Positions 45,271-59,832 of a stretch of DNA of 64,000 nucleotides are shown here, piece by piece (position 1 is the first letter of the stretch; every line of letters starts with the position of its first letter). The position numbers were made by a program, and so were the translations under genes. The DNA lies in contig NC_047029.1 of assembly GCF_902652985.1 (NCBI RefSeq), positions 1,364,001 to 1,428,000 of the forward strand, read 5' to 3'. Below the pieces are notes generated by a model, which was not told the DNA's origin, did no database searches, and was given only the letters and a program-made list of their open reading frames with translations. Source of the stretch: Pecten maximus (Eukaryota).

Positions 45271-48044
45271 GCTGTATGTATTAGGGACAATAATGTTTCT
45301 GTAGCTACATTTTCCCTTGCTATATATATATTTTCATTTTTTTTTTTTACAATAAATCCGTGACGTCGACATTATCGCGATCAGTTTATTCATTGAAAAT
45401 CTTTATGTTTTTATTTGGCGATTTTCATTATAAGAATAGTTAATTTGCCTTATGAATAAAAGGATTGTCCCATAGCAGCAATGGTGATTTCGTCACTTAC
45501 CTAATAGGATAAAATTGTCATATAGAAAGAAAAATGCACAATAGTCAATTCGTCCCACGCCTGGAATGATATCAGCCACCATATATTATGCAGCCGTGTA
45601 TTATCAGTTGTACCTCCATGTATAGCCAGGAAGTAATACACAGGTAAGCAGACTATACTTTACCTGTACACCATTTACATATGCACCTCATGTTCACTCG
45701 ATTTCTATACTAGTTTAAAGGTATGGCCACGTGTGCCCCGCTGAGTGACAGGATTACTATTTATCAAACACATAGCTGATATAATTCATTTCCGACTGTC
45801 GACAATTTTGATCAGTTACCTGTCGGGCGGGATGAGGGGACAGTAGTAAGATACCTATCCACGAGGTCTTTTTACACCTGTACACAGATTTCACTACTTG
45901 TAATCAAGTCAAGGTAAGATATTTAACATTATTTACTTATCTAAACTTCATAATACTTCGAAAAAACACTTTCGCATCCGAGCAGTCGATCGTGCACATT
46001 TGACATATCACTGTAATTAGAAAATTGTCTTAATTATTTTCTTTTGTAAAGTGTTCTTGTGTGGCTGGACTTTGCTGATATTCGCCCTGAACACCTGTAG
46101 TGTTGTACCTGGGGTTTATGTAACAGTAAACATGATATTGTGTTTGATGAGGACTGTTTATGAGTGTCATTGTGTTACTTTATCTGCTGTCTATGACAGG
46201 GACGTCAATAAAAGTCCGATTTCAGTACTAATTGAAGTCAATAACCACGTGATTATGTAAATAGGACTAGACAATGACGTCACAAATATACCACAGTCGT
46301 ATTTGGGGTAAAAGGGGTGTGGTGCGGGCTTTAGACGAAAGTAAACAACTGATAACGTTTTTGGTATTATGCATCGTATCTCAGTTATGACAAAGAGTTA
46401 TTGTTTAGATGAAATGTAAAGAAATACATAATATACATCTTATCGATAATATCAACAACAAAAGAGGAATAATTCACTATATGGAGTCGAGTAGTGCATA
46501 CATTTAGATAAACAAATTCTGGATTGCTGCACTGCACTTAAACGGTACCTCACCTGTAACATACTGCGCCAACTCTATTCCTCAAGGATCAAAAATTGAA
46601 TTCAATCAACATTCTAAAGGGAACACTGGGATATTTTACACCCCCGTGTAGTGAGGTACAGCAAACCGACCACACATTAACTACCACATGTCATCATGTA
46701 GTTGGATACAGCTGGTCACACATTAGTCACCTCATATCATCATATTGCGGAATACAAAACGATCACATTAGTCACCTCCAACGATTATTTACAGCATACG
46801 CGATCCTTTGTGACGTCACTGGAGATTGCCAGTCTCCCAACATTTTTGGAAATGATCAGTACCCTCCTAGGTCCCAACATGTTGATGAATACATCTTGTA
46901 ATTGATACCAATGATAGGTAATTGTAGCATAGTGCTCAGAGATACCCTGGACGCTAAGAATTATCATGAGACTTAAAACGAGTGTTCTGCCAAATGTATT
47001 GTAAGACAGCCATGTAGGTGGAGTGGTCACAACAAGTAAAATTCATATTTAAACAAGGGACAGATTTTAGTCATCATAAGTATCATCTAACCAAACACTC
47101 AATTGCTCAATTACAAATGCTACAAACATGAACTGACTGTCAACAACAACGACTTGTTTTGGATTATGGCCATGAACTCGTATACTAACTACGAACTCGT
47201 ATTGACCAATTACAAGTAAATCGTGATTGACATACCTTTACTTTATTTACTCTAAATCAAAGAAACTTGTTAAATCGATATCCCTCGAGTTCGCTTAGCT
47301 GTGTCTTAGTCCTGTGTGTTAGTCTGGGAACTAAAACCCTTGTTGAACTAAAAGTCACCTGCACTCGGGTGTTTCCGTCGAGCTAATCAGGCGAGAGGTG
47401 GACATGGACCTGGACAGAGTTACCGAACGCGCCTCCTATTTTTGACATTGTCACTGTTTTCTGAATTAGATGAAGTTGACCCTAAAGACACTGTATTATA
47501 CAGAAACCATGAAGACACCCGCTGTCGTTCCTTCACGTTATTTTAAGGCGAAAGGGAGGAATATAGACGATATAGACAGCTGTCAGGTTAATTGATGCTA
47601 TAAATATTCAGATTTGTTTAAAACTAAAATTCGGAATGTTACAAAATCATTTTCTTCGGACATGGAACCAGAATATCACCAACGACAAATCAAAGTCAAA
47701 TCCTCGACTATGCAATTTGTTTTGTGATTTTAAAAAAGTAGGTCACCATAGCCTGTATATTTTAATTCACTCTGGTTTCATTTGGTTCCATTGCCATCTA
47801 AATGACAAGATTTACAAATATCACCTACATAAAAATATCCCTCTGGTCGGTATCGGTATGATAAAACAGTTAAAGTATTGGGTTGAAGGATACATGAAGC
47901 AAGTTTCTGTTTTCCCTCGACCATACCTATTCACTCGGCTTCGCCTCGGAAAATAGACCTGGTAAAGAGGAAACTAAGAACTTGTTACATCTCTCATCCC
48001 CATACTTTATCTGTATACTACAATGTACATGTAACTATGGGCTA

Positions 48045-48520
48045 GTGGTGACTACATATCTACACCATAGTAGTGACTAATTACTAACAGGTGGTGACTA
48101 ATTACTAACAGGTGGTGACTGACTACGAATAGGTGGTGACTAACTGCTAACAGGTGGTGACTGACGACAATATATTGGTGACTAATTACTTTCATGTTGT
48201 GACTAATTACTAACAGGTGGTGACTGACGACCATCTATTGGTGACTAATTACTAACATGTGGTGACTTATTACTAACAGGTGGTGACTAGTTACTAACAG
48301 GTGGTGACTAATTACTAACAGGTGGTGACTGACGACCATCTATTGGTGACTAATTACTAACAGGTGGTGACTGACGACCATCTACTGGTGACTAATTACT
48401 AACAGGCGGTGACTAATTACTAACTGGTGGTGGTTAATTACCATCTAGTGGTGACTAATTATGATCTAGTTGTTACTAATAACGATCTAGAAGTGTCTAA
48501 CTACGAACTTAGGGTGACTA
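48045..48520. repeat. 21-bp degenerate minisatellite (GTGACTAATTACTAACAGGTG)n
   Basis: Period ~21. Confidence 0.88.
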
Positions 48521-49007
48521 ACTATAAAGAACTACTTTGAACTATTTACCAGTAGAAGTATTCAATAACTATACTACTATTTATGTTAAATCGTAAGGAA
48601 TGATCTGCCCGGTGTAAATATCCAGGTGAAATCGAGGAAGTATAAATCCGACCCGTAACTGACACTCGTAAACTCGGGAATGGGTCGGGTGGGTCTGGTC
48701 GACTCGTTATCACAGGAATATAATCCCTATGTCAATGTTAGGTGTAGGTTACTCTGGCGGGCCGGGTCCGTGCCACAACATTCACATTTTAAATATTATA
48801 TGTACCACAGAAAAAATATCTATACAGATACACACATACTGGACTAGACACACACTTCTGTAATACGATAAAGCGAAGGAAAACATAATGTCCATACTGA
48901 CACTCGAACTGATGACCTCTGGCTTTCGAATCCGACGCCCTACTAACAGTCGTCCTGGATACTCACTTCCCCTGGAGAACCCAGGGACCCTGGAGTATCG
49001 AGGATGA

Positions 49008-49228
49008 GGGGCCGCGGTGGCCGAGTGGTTAAGGTGTCCTGACACTTTAACGCTAGCCTTCCACCTCTGGGTTGCGAGTTCGAAACCTACGTGGGGCAGT
49101 TGCCAGGTACTGACCGTAGGCCGGTGGTTTTTCTCCGGGTACTCCGGCTTTCCTCCACCTCCAAACCTGGCCCGTCCTTAAATGATCCTGGCAATTAATA
49201 GGACGTTAAACAAAAACAAACCAAACCA
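49008..49228 (+). mobile_element. tRNA-derived SINE (V-domain-like) with 14-bp TSD
   Basis: A box TGGCCGAGTGG, B box GAGTTCGAAAC, central TTTCTCCGGGTACTCCGGCTTTCCTCCAC, AAAC-rich tail; TSD AGTATCGAGGATGA at 48994-49007 and 49229-49242. Confidence 0.9.
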
Positions 49229-51199
49229 AGTATCGAGGATGACCAACAGTCAGAGCTAGTAATACGACTGCATCTAGAGCAATATAAATTGTATGTACAG
49301 TCTAATATGTAACTAGGGTATAGTATTTCCCGCCAAAAAACAGTTGTTGGAGAATTACGGGAAACTCGGAATATACAAAGACGAGCGCAGAAACGAAAAT
49401 AAATCGCCAGGCATTTCTATATAAGTAAAGCGATGTGGCTACAGTTGATACTCTATGTATATATAGGCCATTTATGTACATACGTATATGTGTGGCTGTA
49501 GGTCGGACTATATATACAGTGTGTACCTACAGTGTCGTCTGGCCACCAATTACCGCAGTGTGATAAATGGTCCAGTGGCAGAGAAGTTGGACCTGCCCGG
49601 GAAAGTCACACCACAACTCATCTACCTAAAGTAAACATAGGGAGAATGATATAGACCGAAAGGCAACAATAGTAGCCATGAAACAATGATAAATATAGAC
49701 CTATAATTGAGAACATTTCTAAACACGAAAAATACAATAGGTCCTTGTGCGCATGATATATATACATATAGTGTACATAATGTGCTCAATTCTTTTTGCG
49801 AAATAGAAAAAAGTCTGGCGATGATTTGGTGGTGATGTTTTGTTCATAAAGCATTAACTAATGTACACGCACTGGTACAGGGCGGACGAGAGGTGTTCCG
49901 CTAGCCTTGGTGATGAGCCGAAACCCAGTGTCAATTTTGATGTATCAGCTTTTGTATTTCACAAGGCAGGTAGTGTACGTACAGCAAGCTAACGTAACAT
50001 AGAGTTATTTCATAAAATTATATTAATTTACATAATTTTCCTTGTAAAACAGATAACTTATCCCGTATATAAAGATTTATGAGCTTCTATTCCACTCGTG
50101 TTAAGGTGTCCCGGCGCTCTATGCTTAAACGAAGAAGAGAGTTTTCTTTATTTTTTAGCTTGGATTTACTTCCCCATTTATTATAACAAAATAAAAGACA
50201 TATTTACATAAAATCCATACAACTCCTATTCTGGGATTCAAACCTTGATTATGAAGCCTATTTTGTTATCGCTGGGAATTTAGAAATGGTCGTATTACCT
50301 CCCTTGTCAACCACAGTCATTTTCCCGTAATTTGTTTTATTTCCCGTAATTTTCAACAGCCATTATTTTACATAACAGTAGCGTTTATCACTGGTTATGA
50401 TTTTGGGTGAAAGCTTCATTCTCCACTTTTTGTTGTGATAAATTATTGTAATTAATTTGAAGAATCATTTGGTAACAAGAAGAATAAAAATCCAGATAAA
50501 GATGTCATCATATAGCATTGTTATCATTGTTATACTCCCAGGTATGTATACCGGTACATGTAGCAGCCAAATCGTTTTTTGAAAATGAATTGTAACCGAT
50601 GTCTATGATAATGTAGTGATGAGATACAGACGTAGGGTCTCTGACACTCAGCCGACTGTATTTGTACCAACGTCTTGTGCACCGTGAACAGGGGTTCGAT
50701 TCCTGTCCTTTCCTCCCTTACAATGTACAGTTCTTTCTTTCTTCACTGTTCTCTCTTTCTGCGCTTTGTTTTGTTATCATTTTCTCCAGATATAAGTTCG
50801 ACACCCGTCCTAATATAACCCTGGCAGTTGCGAGGACGTGACCCCCAACCCCACCCCCTCTCCACCCCCACCCCAAAAAACCCAACAAAACAAAAACAAA
50901 AACAAAAGCATACGCTAAATATAATTCACATTACTTACTCTTTATACTTATATATACCATTTGAGCGTAGATGGTCCTGCAACCTTGGGTAATTTACGTA
51001 ACGCCCAGTGGTATGGTAATTCGCTCAGAGTGTGTTTCATCACTGTATGTTATGTAATATGTATGGTAAATCGCTCAATTACGAAGCGTAATTTGCGAGG
51101 TACAGTGTACAAATGCCGTTAGCTCCGTCCTAAACAGCTATTTCTGTCAGAGGCTGCACATCATACTCAGAAGGTAAGTTTTAACTGCTAGATACAACA

Positions 51200-52605
51200 T
51201 AGACTGGTCACTAGACTGACCACTAGACTGACCCCTAGACTGGTCACTAGACTGACCACTAGACTGACCCCTAGACTGGTCACTAGACTGGTCACTAGAC
51301 TGGTCTTTAGACTGTCAGTAGACTGGCCACTAGACTGACCACTAGACTGGTCAACAGACTGGCCACTAGACTGACCCCTAGACTGGTCACTAGACTGACC
51401 ACTAGACTGACCCCTAGACTGGTCACTAGACTGACCACTAGACTGACCCCTAGACTGGTCACTAGACTGGTCAACAGACTGGTCACTAGACTGGTCACTA
51501 GACTGACCACTAGACTGGTCAACAGACTGGCCACTAGACTGGTCACTAGACTGACCACTAGACTGGTCTTTAGACTGTCAGTAGACTGGCCACTAGACTG
51601 ACCACTAGACTGACCACTAGACTGGTCACTAGACTGGTCACTAGACTGACCACTAGACTGACCACTAGACTGACCCCTAGACTGGTCACTAGACTAGTCA
51701 ACAGACTGGTCACTAGACTGGTCACTAGACTGGTCTTTAGACTGTCAGTAGACTGGCCACTAGACTGACCACTAGACTGACCACTAGACTGGTCACTAGA
51801 CTGGTCACTAGACTGACCACTAGACTGACCACTAGACTGACCCCTAGACTGGTCACTAGACTAGTCAACAGACTGGTCACTAGACTGGTCACTAGACTGG
51901 TCACTAGACTGGTCTTTAGACTGTCAGTAGACTGGCCACTAGACTGACCACTAGACTGGTCAACAGACTGGCCACTAGACTGACCACTAGACTGACCACT
52001 AGACTGACCCCTAGACTGGTCACTAGACTAGTCAACAGACTGGTCACTAGACTGGTCACTAGACTGGTCACTAGACTGGTCTTTAGACTGTCAGTAGACT
52101 GGCCACTAGACTGACCACTAGACTGACCACTAGACTGGTCACTAGACTGGTCACTAGACTGACCACTAGACTGACCACTAGACTGACCCCTAGACTGGTC
52201 ACTAGACTAGTCAACAGACTGGTCACTAGACTGGTCACTAGACTGGTCTTTAGACTGTCAGTAGACTGGCCACTAGACTGACCACTAGACTGGTCACTAG
52301 ACTGGTCACTAGACTGACCACTAGACTGACCACTAGACTGACCCCTAGACTGGTCACTAGACTAGTCAACAGACTGGTCACTAGACTGGTCACTAGACTG
52401 GTCACTAGACTGGTCTTTAGACTGTCAGTAGACTGGCCACTAGACTGACCCCTAGACTGGTCAACAGACTGGCCACTAGACTGACCCCTAGACTGGTCAC
52501 TAGACTAGTCAACAGACTGGTCACTAGACTGTCCACTAGACTGGTCAACAGACTGGTCAACAGACTGACCACTAGACTGGTCAACAGACTGGTCACTAGA
52601 CTGGC
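51200..52605. repeat. 12-bp minisatellite (TAGACTGGTCAC / TAGACTGACCAC)n
   Basis: Direct reading; periodic GGTCTTTAGACTGTCAGTAG variant marks higher-order blocks. Confidence 0.95.
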
Positions 52606-53241
52606 ATATCAATATATTCACTATATGCAAACAGAATATGCATATGTTCAAGTTTATAAGATAAATATTGGCATGGTCATACTAAATTGGACACTACCTA
52701 AACATTTTGTTTACCTGTTCAGTGTCTCAGCAGGTACATTGATTTGTTGCATGATATATAACATTTGTAGATCAACGCAGCTCACTGTCTTTGATCTTGT
52801 AATTCTGTGAACTTACAATGTACAGATAATCTACAATAAATCACTCACCTACTTTTTAATTTTGATTTTGGAGAGCACACACCATTTGTTTATCCGCCAT
52901 CGCATCCTCGTCGCGACAAAAAATGAATTACAATTTATGTAGGTATATATAGTCAAATAGTTGTCTTCCTTCGTCATTTGTGTTTCTAAGCTATATATCT
53001 ATTTATTAGCACAATGTATCATATGCACTATGTGTTGGTGATCCGAAGATAAAGATTTGAATTTCCTGTCGTAGTTGTACCGAGAGAAATATATCTAATA
53101 TATGTACAATTCGTATCCATGTATGTAAATACATTGCGATCCAGGTATTCATATATCATCTTATAGACGACTTCCACAATGATCATGTCAGGGTATCGGG
53201 CCGACCATCACTGCGCCATTGAAACATTCTTTTTTAAGAAC

Positions 53242-53375
53242 GCCGATGTGGCGCAGCGGTATAAGCTGCGGGTATTTCTGGCTAGGCGATTGGGTGCAGT
53301 AGATCGTGGGTTCGAGGCCCGGTCAGGGCACGAGTCAAAAAGTTGTCTTTCTTCGTCATTTGTGTTTCTAAGCTA
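53242..53375 (+). mobile_element. tRNA-like SINE head fragment
   Basis: TGGCGCAGCGG A-box-like and GGTTCGAGGCC B-box-like motifs; 3' part duplicated at ~52959-52994. Confidence 0.4.
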
Positions 53376-53456
53376 AGTATCTCCAATAGCTATATAGAAA
53401 TACATATCGAATATCTAAATAGTATGATATTATGTATATAAACTTTCATAGAAAAA

Positions 53457-54007
53457 ATGGGATGTGTACATTATACAATATATCTGTTATAGAGACAATG
53501 GGATGTGTACATTATACAATAGGTCTGTTATAGAGACAATGGGATGTGTACATTATACAATAGGTCTGTTATAGAGACAATGGGATGTGTACATTATACA
53601 ATAGGTATGTTATAGAGACAATGGGATATGTACATAATACAATAGATCTGTTATAGAGACAATGAGATGTGTACATTATACAATAGGTCTGTTATAGAGA
53701 CAATGAGATATATACATTATACAATAGGTCTGTTATAGAGACAATGGGATGTGTACATTATACAATAGGTCTGTTATAGAGACAATAGGATATGTACATT
53801 ATACAATAGGTCTGTTATAGAGACAATGAGATGTGTACATTATGCAATAGGTCTGTTATAGAGACAATGGGATATGTACATTATACAATAGGTCTGTTAT
53901 ATAGACAATGGGATGTGTACATTATACAATAGGTCTGTTATATAGACAATGGGATATGTACATTATACAATAGGTCTGTTATATAGACAATGGGATGTGT
54001 ACATTAT
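53457..54007. repeat. 41-bp minisatellite
   Basis: GACAATGGGATGTGTACATTATACAATAGGTCTGTTATAGA, period 41. Confidence 0.95.
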
Positions 54008-55181
54008 GTTTGAAGTATCCCAACCAACATTTGATCCAATGATATATACTATGTATAAAACATATCTTTATCACAGACAATGAAATCTCGCACAACAGGA
54101 GAGACATTAGTATATATATATAAAGTGATGGATTTATTGGTTATATGTATGTTCAAAACTCCATAATATTTTATTTGCTTTGACATTTTATGACCGGAGT
54201 TCTCACCTTTGCCCATTTTCGTCACGCAAGCACGACTTTGTAATTATTTGACGCAATCAAGGTGGTGAAATATGTTCTCTCTCGTTCGGTAAGCTTCAAT
54301 CCCCGTAGCTTTCTAACAACCTTTCGCAGTTATAAATGCCATCCCGGAGTTGTCTTATTCAGACCAATCATGTTGTCGTACGACAACAATGTCCGTCTGT
54401 ATTGTGGGACTGCAGTTTGTTCTCGTTACTGTGGGATTGTGCCCTTCCAACCCCCATCCCCCCTCACCAAACCCCCACCCCAACCCCAAATCCCCACCCC
54501 AACCCCCATACCCCCAACCCCCTTAAACGTCATATCAACTGAAGGACGATAAAATGAGAGAAAAATCTAAAATTATTAAAACGATTTTCCTAAAAAAGTG
54601 ATGAGTAAATTGAAACGTATGAGAGGCTTGGAAATAACCGTTTGATCGATAAAACAAATAATTTTTAAAAAGCTTGACAGTCAAACTTAGGTCTTCATAA
54701 CGTTGGTAGAATAGAAAAATAAACTTTTAATCAGTTGACAGAATAAATATAACAAGTGCTTTGTGAACATATGTTATGCATTTATAATTTAAGTTTTCCT
54801 GGTATATGTCAAGCCTATCTTAATAGCATCATGCAAATGTAACTTAATTGTTCTGTAAATCAGTTTGAAAAATAGATCTTTTCTAAAATCATGCTTCACT
54901 TAACAATTAATGTTCGTAGATGAATACCATCTGTATGTAGGATTGGTTTTTGTGTGTGGCTTCAGTAAACATGACATGTAATTATGTAAATAATATGCAG
55001 TGTGCAGAACTCCGGTTCCATGAGCGGATGTTTACAAATGTATATATTATTATTCTCTTCATTTCCTCCTTAAAGAAGATTGTATAAATAGAATACCACA
55101 GTTACAATAGTAAACAAGATAATTGATATAAATAAAGTACATGCACAGTATATTTGACAAAAATTAGAATACAACAATATC

Positions 55182-55252
55182 CACCTTCGCTAGCCAAGGT
55201 GTTCAATACGATACTCTGCCTCTCTATTGAACACCTTGTGCTAGCGAAGTTG
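55182..55252. mobile_element. 71-bp hairpin micro-MITE with exact 9-bp TSD
   Basis: IR CACCTTCGCTAGC-CAAGGTGTTCAATA / TATTGAACACCTTGTGCTAGCGAAGTTG; TSD AACAATATC at 55173-55181 and 55253-55261. Confidence 0.85.
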
Positions 55253-57624
55253 AACAATATCAATATTTGAAATATTTGTGCAAATTTTTTGAAGCGTACT
55301 TTACCAATACTAGTCGGAAGTCCGCTAGCAAAGAGTTTTAATCTGATTTAGTTCCCCGTTATACATTACCACACATATGGAAGAATTTAACTGTACCTGA
55401 ATTAGGTTCAATAATCAAAGCAGAACTAACCGGATATAACATGCAAATTATGTAATACAGCACACCTGAGTGAGTCTTACCTTGTTAAATTAACGTGTAC
55501 CTGGTGATGTCAACACTGCTTTGGTAGAACAAAGATTGTGTAGCGTAGATGTCTCCATTTACAGTTAAAATTAACAAATGAATTTTCAAATCAAGCCCAA
55601 GTGATTTATCCGGTTAGGAGATCTGTGAAATTTGACTGTTAATTTTCGGTTCTTATCTCGTCCACGGGAGGGGGTAGAGTAGTAACTAACCTGTCTCAGC
55701 CCGGGGGTGGGATCCGACTGCTATCCTATCTCACCTCTGGGGAGGGGGTGAGACATTTAGAGGTATTTATCACCAGTTTATCAATATTACTGAGATTGTT
55801 TTAAAGTACTCCCCAAGTATCGGGAAAGCCTTGAGGTGTCTATCGCTAAAAAACACATTATTTTATAACTTTGATATACGTTATAAGCGGTTCCACTTTT
55901 TATAGTCTTAGAGTAATATCACCTGGGTTATTGACAATAGCATTGTTAGCTTGTTCTCTATACCTGTGTTGTAAACATTTATTATTGAAACTACAATTTG
56001 TAATTTTTACCTGGGATATATTGGTGCTACCTGTATCTGCGGTGCCGGGTTATATATTAGATAGGTGTGTTACAAGACCGGTCTACCTGGTGTGACAACA
56101 TTAATATTCTTTAAGACTACACGGAGTTGATATAGATGTATAGACAGATAAGAAAATCCTTTTCGTTTATCCCAAGTGTTCACTACACTTCTCCGCCGTT
56201 AGTGTGAGTCAGTGTGTAGTGATGTATGGCCGTAGCTCCCGTCTCCAGCCTACCTGGTCAGGTCTCCATACTTCGGGGTACACGGACTGTCCAAATACAC
56301 CCTTAACTAGGAATGTCTAAATGAGAGTATCGAGATACCAACAGGATGCCTTTATCTCAAAATATGCCGCGGAAGGTAAGTAAAGAATGAGAAATATTAA
56401 TCAGTACAGACATGAGATTTGATTACCTGTAGAGGATAAATCATTTCCACATTCGTTCTATCATCGATCACACATTGGTAAATATCAAGGTGTGTAATTA
56501 CGTCCAGGTACAAAGGCTTTGTCACGCTTACAAAAAATGTTAATAGATCTTTTGATTATGTATAAGTTGATATGCTAATCAGTCTCATACATTTACTGAA
56601 CTTCAGTAAAGTTACAACATATATTCAATTTACTTCTTAAGGTTTGCACTTGATATCGTATAGGCTAGCTACAGTTCAGATTAGTTGGGGATATTCTGTA
56701 TATGTGGTTTGAATGGCTTTCCTGAAAATAAGCGGAGCTTTTTTTCTTCAAAACGGCTGCAGAAACTGCTTCGCCAAGCTCTGCTCCGATTAGTCATGTA
56801 AACGTGCATTGCACGAAGGTTTCTTTTCTTTTTTTCTTTCTTTCTATTTTTTGTTGTTGCTAATATCACAATATTTTGAAATATTGTATTCGGGTAGGTA
56901 AGAGTCGTTCGTTTATCAAAACTAGTATTAGATTGAATTCGTGACGTTTCGGTGAATTTACTCACATTCATCGTGTAAAACTTACGAAATTATAATCAAA
57001 TCAACAACTCTACACTTTAACTTTAACTTGAACTATACAAGTAAATTCAAGGACAAGATTTTATTCGGGTATGCTTTGTTTAGAACTTTATCGTTATTGT
57101 GCGCGAGTCTATGGGCCCCTTCGTCTCGATTTAGAGTCTTTACGGCGTATTAAGAGGTGTTAAGGTTGAGGACAATGTTTTTTCTTGCATTCTTTTCTTA
57201 GTTGTCATCATATCGTGTCCATGTTTGTTTGTTCTGTAATGATTTTATTTGATTCAGCAGAAGTAAGAAGTTTGATAGGTTTTACTATCTGACTAACTTG
57301 CACCGAAGGGAATCGTTCGTCATCTCGTTGGCCTATATTTTATCCTCTAGTACAACTGGACTCTACAGTCTTAAAATATTACAGGACTTGGAAATTATAC
57401 CATATTACTAAATAACTTGACCAGAGGTACTGAAGTGAGTGATAGTAATACAACAGACAGGACAGAAGAAAGGACAAAGTGACAATATGTATCTGCATCA
57501 TTCTATCTACAACAGATATTGAAATAATCTTATTCTAGTAACGTAACATTTTATATCTCGACGTGGTTATAATGTGTCTCGCTTCAGATGTAGAGCATTA
57601 CTAGCCCAAACTTAACCAGTTTTA

Positions 57625-58224
57625 GGTTGTTCAAGTTGTTCAGATGTTCCGACACAAGTATTAGATTGTTCCTGTGTTCCGACACAAATTTTAGATTGTT
57701 CAGATTTTTCAGTTGTTCCGACACAAGTTTTAGATTGTTCAGATTTTTCAGTTGTTCCGACACAAGTTTTAGATTGTTCAGATTTTTCAGTTGTTCCGAC
57801 ACAAATTTTAGATTGTTCAGATTTTTCAGGTGTTCCGACACAAATTTTAGATTGTTCAGATTTTTCAGTTGTTCCGACACAAATTTCAGATTGTTCAGAT
57901 TTTTCAGTTGTTCCGACACAAGTTTGAGATTGTTCAGATTTTTCAGGTGTTCCGACACAAATTTTAGATTGTTCAGATTTTTCAGTTGTTCCGACACAAG
58001 TTTTAGATTGTTCAGATTTTTCAGTTGTTCCGACACAAATTTTAGATTGTTCAGATTTTTCAGTTGTTCCGACACAAGTTTTAGATTGTTAAGATTTTTC
58101 AGTTGTTCCGACACAAGTTTTAGATTGTTCAGATTTTTCAGTTGTTCCGACACAAGTTTAAGATTGTTCAGGTGTTCCGACACACACAAGTTTTAGATTA
58201 TTCCTGTGTTCCGACAAAAGTTTT
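57625..58224. repeat. 39-bp minisatellite
   Basis: CCGACACAAGTTTTAGATTGTTCAGATTTTTCAGTTGTT, period 39. Confidence 0.95.
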
Positions 58225-58819
58225 AAAGTTAAGAGCTGAATATGCATAGAAAGGACATTAACACAGGGATATAGCTACACAGATATGTCAACGAAATGCA
58301 TGTGTAAGGTGAGATCAGAGACCTATGTAGTATGCATTGCTATTAAGTTCTCTTGTAAGATTAGCCGGGAAAAGTGTATTTACGACGAGTCAATAACACG
58401 GGCAGCACATGAAGCAACGTACAGTTATTACGACAGTCCGTATTGTAAAATAATTATCTGTGTTTTAATCACATTATAGGTGTAACGTTTCTTGTTTGTG
58501 GTTGGTCCGTAGATAGTTATACCCTATGAAATAACTGAGTTTTGTAGCGTTTATATTTTTATTGAGACAGAAACTCAAGATATGAATGAAATGCGAAAAG
58601 AAATGATTTTCCCTCCCGCAGACAAATGTAGAGGATCGCGGCGGTGTCCACCCTTATCCGTCGACTCTCTCTATCGACTCTCTCTACACACACGTTGTGT
58701 AAACAGTGTGCTGGGTATTCACGTATATACTAACATCTTCACTTATCATGCTTCGACAGGAAATTACCCCAATAAATAGTCAGTCCCTGAACGACTCTTA
58801 CAGCATGTGATATCGGACC

Positions 58820-59832
58820 CAGTTACTTTTAATCCAAATAAGACGGAAGTTATTTTTATTTCTAATTCGGATAACGTTGATGAAGATCTGGAACTGATTT
58901 TTGATGGTCATTTTTTAAATTTTAGTAGTAAGCATAGACATCTTGGAGTTACATTAAATTCAGATGCTAAATGGGTAGATCATATAAATGAAATTTATAA
59001 GTCGGCTATGGGAAAAGTAAATATATTGCGAAAACTTAAATATACATTAAAGCGTGATGCTCTTTTACGAATTTATAAAACTTATATTTTACCAGTTTTA
59101 GAATATGCGTGTGAAGTTTGGGATGGGTGCACTTCAAGTGATTCAGAAAAGTTAGAGAAGGTTCAGCGGGAGGCAGCTAGGATAATAACAGGGTTACCAT
59201 TATTTGCTAGAAACGAGTCATTGTATTCAGAAACAGGTCTAGAATTACTTTCAGTTAGAAGGAAAAGACGGAAATTACAATTAGTTTACAAAATGGATAG
59301 ACATCAAACTCCAAACTACATTACAAATTTACTTCCCTCTACAGTCGGTGAAAACAGACAGGGTCTAAGAAATAATGAAAAATATAGAATCCCAAATTTC
59401 AGACTGTCTATTACAAAACAATCTTTTCTACCTTCCTCTTTGACGATGTGGAACTCTATACATTCTGATATTAGATCCATGCCTTTTTCTGCTTTCAAGT
59501 CAGCATTAGCCCCTAACTTACCATGCTCAGTACCCCCTTATTACTTAATTGGTGATAGAAAACTTAATATTATTCACACTAAATTAAGACATGAATGCAG
59601 TTCCCTTAATCATGATCTTTACCGTTCAAATCTGGTCCAAAACTCAAATTGTGTAAATTGTGGCTATTATTGTGAGAATGCCTATCACTTCTTCTTTGAA
59701 TGTCAATCTTACACAAATGCTCGAGTTGTGCTTTTAAATCATTTAAGTGATTTAGATATAAATATATCTTTAAGATTATTACTTTTTGGAAATGAAAATA
59801 TGTCTTTGGATTTAAATTCCATGGGTAAATAA
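58820..59832 (+). mobile_element. 5'-truncated CR1/L2-group LINE ORF2 C-terminal fragment
   Basis: FNPNKTE, HRHLGVTL...WVDHI, YKTYILPVLEYACEVWD, LEKVQREAARIITG, C-terminal CVNCGYYCENAYHFFFEC knuckle; RT catalytic motif absent (would lie upstream). Confidence 0.88.

Noticed and set aside
49008-49100. Possible tRNA gene
   Set aside because: Followed by a SINE body and tail and flanked by a 14-bp TSD; no proper cloverleaf or oligo-T terminator.
57584-58196. Leucine-rich-repeat-like ORF (LKNLNNLKLVSEQ)n
   Set aside because: Translation of a 39-bp minisatellite open on both strands; 13-aa period does not match an LRR and there is no flanking gene structure.
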